Origin: Mytilus californianus
Lineage: Eukaryota
Assembly (NCBI RefSeq): GCF_021869535.1
Contig: NW_026262679.1
Span: 121,768,001 to 121,832,000 of the forward strand
Direction: 5' to 3'
Length of the DNA stretch: 64,000 nt
Shown here in pieces: positions 37,885-49,800 of the stretch. A program made the translations under genes and the position numbers. How positions within the stretch are numbered: the first letter of the stretch is position 1; each line of letters begins with the position of its first letter. The notes below the pieces were generated by a model that saw only the letters and a program-made list of their open reading frames with translations, was not told the origin of the DNA and did not search any database.

Positions 37885-40800
37885 GTAATGAGATTTCATT
37901 GTTTGTTATCATGTTTATTGAACATTTCTTCACTTTTAAATTTTCCATAATTTGTTCTCAACATGCTGTGCAATTCTAGAAAAAAACGTGCTTCCCATGC
38001 TATCTAACAAGCAAAAGAATGGCAATACATGTAATACATTAACCCGGTTTGGCACAACCCACCAAACAGAATGATTCCAAAATGAGTTACAGTGGAATCC
38101 CCTGTTTCTGTTCGGCTAGTGATATCACGCATTACCTGATTTCGTCATATCTACTCTGTTTCTTAAATAGAATTGTTTTTGTAATTGTTTTAGTCTTTCT
38201 AAGGGACAGAATAGATTAAAATTATAAAATACAAGTATAATTGCAATCCCATGATTAACCATTTTCCATAAAAATTAGACATTATTAGAGAAAAATTGGT
38301 TTCATTTCATGGCACATTTTATCAAACTGATAAAAACTTTTGCTCTGCATCCTTGGCAGTCTCTTTGGTTCAAACTGAACTCTTATTTCGAAGTAAAAAA
38401 TCCTTCCATTAATAAAAATAAACTATTTTTAGAAGGCATGCACAAACATCAGCGGACAATTGAAAACCGGTCAGAACTTGGGTTTACCTAATTTTGGACA
38501 CACATTACACAAATGCATAAAGGTGAAATCATACATTGAGAAGATTTTGTGAAAATAAAGTATTGTAAGGTACTGGTGAATGTTATACTGAAACAAATAG
38601 GTATTAAATTGTGCGGTGTAATTTATAAGTAAATACTTAATTTGTGGCAAGACTGACACATATTTTATAATGATTTTTTACAATTGTGGCAGTAATCCAC
38701 TATACTTATTACTATGATCACAAGTCAAAATTCAAGTTTTTACCAAATATTATCTTTTAAACTTAACGGTTGTGTTCTTGCGCATAGTAACTTGGCTTGC
38801 AGCGAGCTAGAGAAACATTTTACATTTGAAATCAAAGATATGGCATTAATTTACTATTTTTTTATGGATTTCACAGGCCAAAGTTTCACTTTTTGCCAAT
38901 AAATTACAGGGGGAGGCATTTCATTAGCTAAAACATAGTTTTACAAGTAAGGTGTGTACATATGTTGGTACAAAGGTGATATATATCCAGTAAAGCAACT
39001 GATTTTATGTGAAAGCTCTGGAATTTGAAATGATTTTATCATTGTTTACATTTTTTGTGTACAAGTGTTACGGCAGGGAATGTATGTAATTACTCATGGA
39101 TTACCTTCTTCATGCTATATATCATGTAATTCCCGTATTAAGGATCATTTCTGGTAACCAAATATTCATATTTAAACGTCTGATATGCCTGGTATACATA
39201 GGGAAATACTTTAACTGCAATTGTTTACTGACCGGCGATTTTGCCGTCTGCCATTTTGTGGGGAATGAAACGTTGATTTTATCTCTTTTGATACAAATTC
39301 GTCCCCTGATCAATTGATCTAATATTGCATTTTTAATACCACACATTTAATATTTTATAAGTATACCCTGCCGGACACAAATATATTGTAAATATTTAGA
39401 TGGTTGTAATGAACTATGTTATATGTTATTTACTTTGTATGTTCTTACGCAGATCGTCTGCTAAATCAATGCGCGCGCAGTGGTGTCCGATTGTTTATTT
39501 CAAGCTTCTTTATCGATATTTTAGATGCTATAGCTTTGTTTTAATATTTTATGTATAAGGACAATCATAGGACAACTCAAGATGATTTCAATTCTATGTT
39601 TTTCAATATCGTAATTTTGTATAGTTCCGGCTACCCGGAAAGGACAAGTAACCATTGGATTAGTATGTCACGTGACACTTACAATTTAGTATATAAACGC
39701 GTGAGCATTCAGTAATGGCAGATAGCCCAAAGTTTTGCTGGCGGCAAGTTTGAACCTAGAAAACAATAAATTTCCAAATAAAGCAGTAATAACCTTTAGG
39801 TGAGAATTAGGATAACATAATGAAGTTTAAATAGCCGTCTTTTGTACAGTAAGCTATCTCCCACCACGTCGGACACCACAAATATATGTATTTTAGGATT
39901 TATTATTCAGTACACTTGAACGCTATTGTTTATTTATATAAAATCATATAATGTTATATGATTTTTTTTAACAGTTCAGCAAATAAAACTGTTAGCATTG
40001 AAAAGATCACTTTATTTTATCAAACTTGGATACATTCAAAAAGTATTTGCATTTACACTGGTAAAACAACTTGAGCTGGAGGACGCTCGTTCGAAATTAA
40101 AAACTATGGAAAGCCGTTAGCAACATAAATAGCACAGTAACAAATAAATACAAAGGAAGCCGTTTAATACACATACATTAACCAAACAGAGGAACTATAT
40201 TTAAACACAAACTGAGGTGCTCCGGGGAGCAGATACTGCATTTTATGAGTGTTCGTATGTAAACTGCCCAGTATAGGACAGGATACTCTCGGGTGGCTTA
40301 CAATTTGGTGTCAGAAGTGGGATGCTAAAATTCTAATTAGCATCCAGGATACGAACCTTGGAATAACCTGTCAACTTAACAATGTGGTTTAAGCCCGACG
40401 TGGTGGATTTACTGTACAAAAATTAATTATAACTAAAAAAATATGAAACAACAAATAAAATTAAAAGTCTTTATTTAGAATATGGCTGATGCTGGTAGGA
40501 ACTCCCCAGACCCTGAAATAAATTTCCGTAGGGAAAGGGATTTAGATGACTTAGGACAAGGGGATCAAATACATACTGATGACAATGACGACTTTGATAG
40601 GGAATCTATTTTACAAGGTCATGGTGATGAAATAGCTCAGAGACCTAAAGGACGGGATGAATATCAGAGACATGATTTTGATGATAGGAATGATAGGGGT
40701 AATCATAACATGCAACCAATTGGCCCACCAAAGGTAACACTTAAACCTGAACCCTTCTCTGGGAAGGATTGTTGGGAGGAATACTTGTCGCATTTTGAGG

Positions 40801-43800
40801 ACTGCGCTGAATTGGGACAATGGGGAAATCGTACAAAACTGTTGTTTTTGGCAGCTAGCTTGAGGGGTCAAGCAAGGACATACTACATGAGCTTGTCTCC
40901 TGACGACAGGCGCACATACCAAATGCTAACACAAAAGTTAGATCAAAGGTTTGGGAGTTCAAAACACAAAAATCGTTGGCTCTCAAAGTTAGAGATGCGC
41001 AGGCGCATGCCAGGGGAAAGCATAGCTGAAGTGGGGGATGACATAAGGCAATTAGCGCAAAAGGCGTACTATGACCTTGACTTAGCAGCGCAGGAGTCTC
41101 TAGCATTAAACCAGTTGTTTAAGGTAATACCTGTAGAAATGAAATGTCGCTGTATTGACAAGGAATGTCAAACAATAGCAGACGCTGTTGATGTTATAGA
41201 AAGATATGAGTCAATACTCGGGGATGGAGACAAAAAGAAATCAACAATCAGAGCTGTGGAGTCGAAGGACATCGAAGGACACATGAGTGAAAAGGATTAT
41301 CAGAGCAATTTGCAGGCTTTACAAGATAGGATAGCAAAGCTGGAACAAGGACACGGGAATCGGGATACAAAGAGGGCAAATACTGGCAGGTGTTACAGTT
41401 GCAACTCACCAGACCATTTTATGAGGAACTGTCCACACAAAAACAACCAAAGAGCAAGAGGGAACTTCCAGGGCAACCAAAGACACAATACCTCTTTTAA
41501 TAATAACCAGGGAAACGACAGAACGCTGGCTCAATAGGTCGTGAGTTAGTGACAGAAGATAAAAGGCCTGATATAAAGGGAGAAAAACATGTCCGGACAG
41601 GACATATAGGGGAAACAGATGATAATTGGGATAATGGGTTTTATACAAATGGGTTAATCTATGGGTTTCCTGTCAACTTTTTAATTGACAGTGGCTCAAC
41701 AGCGTCAATATTATCTATTGAGGTTTACGAAAAATTGCCTTTAAATGTTTGGTGTTCTTTAGTGCCAAACAAGTCCGAAGTATTTGACGTTAATGGCAAC
41801 AAAGTTTTTGCTATTGGATCAATCACATTAGAACTAAAGCTTGGTCTAGAAAATTTCAGTCAAAATTTTATGATATGTAATATAAATCAGGATGGAATAC
41901 TTGGACAGGATTTCTTACTTAAGGAAGTAAGTAAAGTTAATTATCAGCGAATGGTCTTACACACGATCCACAACCAGGAAATACAATGTTGGATTGGAGG
42001 GAAGGCAAATATGATTTGCAGAGTAGAAATTAAAGACAACATGACAATTCCTCCAATGACGAGTACTATGATGCCTGTAGAAATACCGGGTGTAAATCAT
42101 TTAACAGAATACGGATTAATAGAGGGCACGACAGGAACAGCAAAGTCTACATTAGCAATACCTGGGATTATAAATACAAAAGATCAAGCACACTTTGTTA
42201 ATGTTGTCAACTATGGTGACGACGAAGTTAAACTGTATAAAAAGGAAACAATAGGAACATGTGAATCATATACTGAGCATGATTTGAAATCAGAGCAGAT
42301 TAGAACACTACAAGAAGATTGCTTTACAGCTGGTGAAGAAATACCAGAACATCTTATTGACTTATTAAAAAGGAGTTCAACTTATTTAAATGAAAACCAA
42401 AGACAACAGCTTTCCAGACTCCTTTCACAGTACCAAAATGTCTTTTCACGGACAGATGATGACATAGGGAGGACAGACCTTGTAACACATAGAATAAATA
42501 CAGGAAATGCAATACCCTTTAGGCAAAGATCTAGACGTATGCCACTTGGAAAGCAAGAGATGGAAAAATCAGAAGTCAACCGGATGTTGGACAAAGGAAT
42601 CATTGAACCATCTTCTAGTCCTTGGGCATCGAATATTGTCCTTGTAATGAAGAAAAATGGCAGGCCTAGGTGCTGTGTTGATTACAGAATTTTGAATGAC
42701 GTCACTAAAAAGGATTCCTACCCGATTCCGAGGGTAGACGAGTGCCTAGACTCGCTCGCTGGGGGGAAATTCTTCGGGTCAATGGACCTAAATTCAGGAT
42801 TTTGGCAAATTGGCATGGCTCCCGACGACAAGGAAAAGACCGCATTTCTGACAAGTTTAGGGTTATATCAATTCACTGTCATGCCCTTTGGACTTGCAAA
42901 TTCCCCATCTACTTTTGAGCGTCTTATGGAAAATGTTCTCAGAGGGCTACAGTGGAAAGAACTATTACTCTATATGGACGATATCATATCAGTAAGTTCA
43001 ACATTTGAAGAGGGTCTTGGAAGGTTAGAAAGAATCTTTATACGCCTACAAAATGCACATCTAAAATTGAAACCTGCCAAATGCATTTTCTTTCAAAAAC
43101 AAGTCAGGTTCCTTGGACATATCGTGTCTGAGGATGGAATTTCCACCGATCTAGAGAAAACAAAAGCTATAGATGACTGGCCAATCCCCAAATCTGCAAA
43201 ACAGGTGCGCAGCTTTTTAGGACTTTGTTCTTACTATAGGCGATTTGTTAAGGGATTTGCAGCAATTGCAAGACCAATGCACAAAATTTGCGAAAAGAAT
43301 AGCCGTTTTGCTTGGAATGACGAGTGTCAAAAGGCATTTGAACAGTTGAAAAATGCTTTAACAAGTACACCTGTGCTTGCCTACCCTCTTCCAAATTTGC
43401 CATTCATACTTGACACAGATGCAAGTGATAAGGCTGTCGGGGCAGTTTTGTCACAAATTCAAGAGGGTCTTGAACGAGTTATTGCATACATGAGCAAATC
43501 TATGAACATACATGAGCAGGCATACTGTGTAACTCGAAAAGAGCTACTTGCTGTAATTATAGCACTAAAGACATTTCATCATTATTTATATGGCCAGAAA
43601 GTTTTGCTGCGCACAGATAACGCAGCTGTATCATGGATGAAAAATCTAAAGAAACCCACTGGTCAAACAGCCAGATGGCTCGAAGAACTGGGAACTTACA
43701 ATTTGACAGTGACACACAGGGCTGGAAGGAAACACTCAAATGCCGATGCTCTGTCCAGAAGACCTTGTAAATCATGCGAGAAACAAGAATCTGGAAACCA

Positions 43801-46800
43801 CACAAGTGACGACGAAACAGACGAAATTCAACTTGAAGAATCTGATTTTGTTAACCAGGAGTTACATGAAAATGAGGAGCCAACACCAAGAATAGAAATA
43901 GTACGAATATGTACAAGAAGTCAGACAGGAAATCAGTCTAGTGCTACACCAAGTGGCTATTGCATAGAAGGATGGGACCCTGACAGTATTAGACAATGCC
44001 AATTGGAAGACCCAGACATGTCACTCATTGTGACATATCTTCAAGAAAAGAAAAATAAACCTGACTGGGACCAAGTATCAAAAGGAACATCATACCAGAA
44101 AACAATATGGCGACAATGGGATAGGCTGACAATAAACAATGGCATGCTTTATAGAAAATTTTATTGTTCTGATAAAGACGATGTAGACAACTTCAAATTG
44201 CAGCTCCTGGTACCAAAATCACACCAAAAGACAGTCTTTAAGTATTTCCATGACGTTCCATCTGCAGGTCATTTAGGACCAGATAAAATGCTAAGTAGGA
44301 TCCAGCAGCTCTTTTACTGGCCAGCTATGAGAAGCTCAATAACAAGGTACTGCAAAGAATGTGACCAATGTGCTGCTAGGAAATCACTTAAACGAAACAA
44401 GGCTCCATTAGGTCAATACTTGGTTGGCGAGCCTATGGAACGTGTTGCGATTGATATTCTTGGTCCACTTCCGTTAACAAAACGACAAAACCGTTATGTT
44501 CTTGTCCTTTGTGACTGCTTTTCTAAATGGACTGAAGCATATGCTATTCCGGACCAGGAATCCCTGACCATTGCCCGGACCATCGTGAATGAATTTATTT
44601 GTAGGTTTGGTTCACCATTACAGCTTCACTCTGATCAAGGAAGGTCTTTTGAAGCAAAGCTGTTCCAAGATCTGTGTGATCTCCTGAAAATTGACAAAAC
44701 TAGAAGTACAAGTCAACACCCCCAATCTAATGGAAGCGTTGAAAGATTTAACAGGACACTGCTAAGCATGCTAACATTTTATTGTCAAAATGATCAGAGA
44801 AACTGGGATGAGATTTTGCCACAGGTTATGATGGCATACAGATCATCAGTCCACGCCAGCACAGGACAGACCCCTAACATGATGATGTTTGGCAGAAACA
44901 TATTTCTTCCTATGGAAGCTGTTATTCCACGTCCTGATGGACCAGATGAATCCACTACCCCTGAAACGGATAAATATATAAATGAATTACAGGACGCTAT
45001 GTTAAAGTCACATGTACTGGCTAGGAAACATCTTAAGCAGAATTCTGAGTATCAAAAACGTCACTATGACTTGAAAGCAGTAAAGCGCGAATTACAAATA
45101 GGTCAAGCTGTATGGCTTTATGATGCATCAAAGAGAAAAGGAATTTGTCATAAGTTGACACTAAAATGGAAAGGACCATATGTTGTCACAAGGAAAATTG
45201 ATGACATCACTTACCTTGTGAAAAGGTCAAAGAAACAGCCAGGGAAGGTCTACCACATCGATAGACTACTGCCCTATCAAGGACGAAATCCGCCCACTTG
45301 GTTCTCCAGTAGGAAGGCCTGAGATGCCTTTCATAGTTGTTGTTTGAATAGCCGAAATTAGTTGTACAAGTTGTTACGTTTTTAATTGTTTTGATGAGTT
45401 ACTATGTTTAAGAGTAACTGTATGACTTATCTCAGACTGGAGAAAGTCATGTTGGAATTCCTAGAGTTGGATCCACTCTGGAAGAATATGTAAGGGAGAC
45501 AAATGGCCATTGTTTCTCAGGACATATTATTGGCTGTAAGGGAAGGATGATCCTTCCTGCCAGGGGAATGGCAGATTAAACTGTACTGCCAAGCGTTTTA
45601 TTTTATGCGCAAGCTGCGCGGCGGAAAGCAATTAACGACAACTTTTTGTCTTGAGGAGGCTTGAGATTTTTTTTAATAGGGAGACCAAGGGGGTGGATAT
45701 CATATTTTTTATTGAAATGTAGGCTGATCCATTTACTACCAGCATATGCCATATGGGGGGAGGATTTTAAAACACATAAGCAAATATAGTCACACAACAG
45801 CACACTACATACATATCTTTTATTGTATATGTTATATAAATGGTGGAGGGATTTTAAAGATTTGATTCGATTTCAGAATGAGACCATCATCACAAGTGGA
45901 GGTGAAGTGTTGGCTGTGTCCCATGACGTTTAGGACAAGGAGACAACTAAAGAACCATCTGGCAGCTGCCCCACACAAACGGCTTTCAGTCGTTTGTGTT
46001 TGGTGTCCTGAAGAGAAGTCGTACAGGAGGATGGTTGACCTGAAGGAGCACATCATGGCCAACCACCGCAGCAAAATAGAGATCATGCCGTACAGTTTCT
46101 TGAGTGAGAACAATGGGTTTTGGATGTCGAATTACCCAGAGACATATGCAAAGGTAATCTCACCATCAAATGAAAACTCCCAAGAGGCCATGAAAGCCAG
46201 GATTGAGGTCCTAGAATTCCTAAACAGGGTTGGAAACACCAACAGGAAGAAGGAGGATTGGACTCAAGGCTGGAAGTGTCCTAGGGAAATGGTTAGAGGT
46301 ACGCAGGAGGAAGAGGTTGAGCAGGAGAAAACCAATGGGTCATATTCACCAACACGCCCCACCATTTATGAAGGGCTGGCCCTCCAGCAACTTACATTAG
46401 GACTTGGGGATTCGACAGCCATCTTCAAATTAGACCTTGGAGTGTCTATACGATTCTATCAGATAAGTTTGAATGACTTGGTTCTAAGAGATCACAAAAT
46501 GCTTGATGCTTTAATAAGGAGGATGACGGCACTGGTAAACACCAAGTATGCAGGATCACATACCTTCTCAGCCTCTATAGACGGTAAATTAAAGTCTATA
46601 GTGACGCCGGTAGTAGCTAGGAAACTATCCATATCAGAGGAATATATAGCAGACATAAAAACGTCCGATGAACTCTTCCCAGGGAAACATACAATAGCCA
46701 TCACAAATCCGTTATCACCACTTAAAACACCATCAACCTCAGATATTATATTGGAAGATGACAGTGACAATGAAGAACCAGAGATTCTGAACGAGAAAGC

Positions 46801-49800
46801 AACAAGCCAGAAGAAAAGTAAGAAGACAGAGAATGAAGGAGAGAAAAATGGAGAGAAAAGAAAGAAAAAGAATAACCACCAGGAACAGAAGGCTAAGAAA
46901 ATAAAGCAAGGAAAGGGTGACAAGGAACAGGACGAGGAAATCAGACTTAAAGAGGAAGAACTAAGGAAGCAGGAAAAACAAAAACAGGATGAGGAAATGA
47001 GACTACAGGAGGAAGAACAAAAGAGAAGGGAAGAACAGAAACAGGAGGAAATTAGACTGAAGGAGGAAGAACAAAAGAAGCAGGAAAAACGAAAACAGGA
47101 CGAGGAAGTCAGACTAAAGGAGGCAGAACTAAAGAGAAAGGAAAAACAAAAACAGGAGGAGGAAATCAGACGGAAGGAAGAAGAACAAAGGAAGCAGGAA
47201 AAACAAAAACAGGATGAGGAAATGAGACTAAAGGAGGAAGAACAAAAGAGAAGGGAAGAACAGAAACAGGAGGAAATTAGACTGAAGGAGGAAGAACAAA
47301 AGAAGCAGGAAAAACGAAAACAGGACGAGGAAGTCAGACTAAAGGAGGCAGAACTAAAGAGAAAGGAAAAACAGAAACAGGAGGAGGAAATCAGACGGAA
47401 GGAGGAAGAACAAAGGAAGCAGGAAAAACAGAAACAGGACGAAGAAGAAAGGTTGAAGGAGGAAAAGAGGATACAAGAAGAAAAACACAATGAAGAAAGT
47501 AAAAGAAAGGAACTGGAAGCATCAGAAGATCGGGGCACAGATTGTACAACTCTAAACGGCAACATTACCGCAAGTGAACGGGCAAGGACACTTCTGAGGA
47601 AAGGTGGCATGCCACTTTTCCCAGCTGGGAGAAGGGAGTGGAATCAAGAAGAAGTCATCCCACTGATTACCATCCCAGCAGTTGTTAGTTGGCCACCTAA
47701 AAATTGGAAAAAGATGACTCCAGAGCAAAAGTATTTTAATTGGGAGTATGCCAGTATAGCTCTGGAGTTGAACTCGGGAAAGCAATTACAATTCACAAAG
47801 GAAGAGTTGCTACTCAAGTATCACTTTTTAGCATTACCAGGCACAAAAACACCGACAGGAAGTGAAGAAAACACAATGGCAACCAAATCTCGGTTTTATT
47901 TATATCAAGCTTTGGCTTATATAATAAAGAGTGACAAAGAAGACACATCAACTGTACAAACATTAAAGATGTTAGAAACTGCAGTGAAGGAGAGAGATAA
48001 CTCCACAGACGATGTGATAAAGAGAATAGATGCTCTTGATATTCCCTTGAGACTCGGAGAAGACATTGAACACTAACATTTTAGATCTCAAACTTCATAA
48101 TAATTATGTGCTAAAATTTTCAATTCAGGAGAATTCATTGTCTTTAAAGGTGGGGGAAGTGTAAGGTACTGGTGAATGTTATACTGAAACAAATAGGTAT
48201 TAAATTGTGCGGTGTAATTTATAAGTAAATACTTAATTTGTGGCAAGACTGACACATATTTTATAATGATTTTTTACAATTGTGGCAGTAATCCACTATA
48301 CTTATTACTATGATCACAAGTCAAAATTCAAGTTTTTACCAAATATTATCTTTTAAACTTAACGGTTGTGTTCTTGCGCATAGTAACTTGGCTTGCAGCG
48401 AGCTAGAGAAACATTTTACATTTGAAATCAAAGATATGGCATTAATTTACTATTTTTTTATGGATTTCACAGGCCAAAGTTTCACTTTTTGCCAATAAAT
48501 TACAGGGGGAGGCATTTCATTAGCTAAAACATAGTTTTACAAGTAAGGTGTGTACATATGTTGGTACAAAGGTGATATATATCCAGTAAAGCAACTGATT
48601 TTATGTGAAAGCTCTGGAATTTGAAATGATTTTATCATTGTTTACATTTTTTGTGTACAAGTGTTACGGCAGGGAATGTATGTAATTACTCATGGATTAC
48701 CTTCTTCATGCTATATATCATGTAATTCCCGTATTAAGGATCATTTCTGGTAACCAAATATTCATATTTAAACGTCTGATATGCCTGGTATACATAGGGA
48801 AATACTTTAACTGCAATTGTTTACTGACCGGCGATTTTGCCGTCTGCCATTTTGTGGGGAATGAAACGTTGATTTTATCTCTTTTGATACAAATTCGTCC
48901 CCTGATCAATTGATCTAATATTGCATTTTTAATACCACACATTTAATATTTTATAAGTATACCCTGCCGGACACAAATATATTGTAAATATTTAGATGGT
49001 TGTAATGAACTATGTTATATGTTATTTACTTTGTATGTTCTTACGCAGATCGTCTGCTAAATCAATGCGCGCGCAGTGGTGTCCGATTGTTTATTTCAAG
49101 CTTCTTTATCGATATTTTAGATGCTATAGCTTTGTTTTAATATTTTATGTATAAGGACAATCATAGGACAACTCAAGATGATTTCAATTCTATGTTTTTC
49201 AATATCGTAATTTTGTATAGTTCCGGCTACCCGGAAAGGACAAGTAACCATTGGATTAGTATGTCACGTGACACTTACAATTTAGTATATAAACGCGTGA
49301 GCATTCAGTAATGGCAGATAGCCCAAAGTTTTGCTGGCGGCAAGTTTGAACCTAGAAAACAATAAATTTCCAAATAAAGCAGTAATAACCTTTAGGTGAG
49401 AATTAGGATAACATAATGAAGTTTAAATAGCCGTCTTTTGTACAGTAAGCTATCTCCCACCACGTCGGACACCACAAATATATGTATTTTAGGATTTATT
49501 ATTCAGTACACTTGAACGCTATTGTTTATTTATATAAAATCATATAATGTTATATGATTTTTTTTAACAGTTCAGCAAATAAAACTGTTAGCATTGAAAA
49601 GATCACTTTATTTTATCAAACTTGGATACATTCAAAAAGTATTTGCATTTACACTGGTAAAACAACTTGAGCTGGAGGACGCTCGTTCGAAATTAAAAAC
49701 TATGGAAAGCCGTTAGCAACACAAATAGCACAGTAACAAATAAATACAAAGGAAGCCGTTTAATACACATACATTAACCAAACAGAGGAACTATATTTAA

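Noticed and set aside
38714-39346. Short ORFs in the LTRs (duplicated at 48310-48942)
   Set aside because: Under 75 aa, overlapping on both strands, no recognisable motif.
40306-40323. tRNA-like sequence
   Set aside because: Only the 18-nt complement of a tRNA 3' end (PBS), not a tRNA gene.
46492-47610. 372-aa antisense ORF rich in S/F/C/L
   Set aside because: Mirror image of the purine-rich E/K/R/Q repeat of ORF3; the lack of stops follows from that composition.
45878-48076. ORF3 as an env gene
   Set aside because: No signal peptide, furin site/fusion peptide arrangement or transmembrane anchor; highly charged with zinc-finger motifs.
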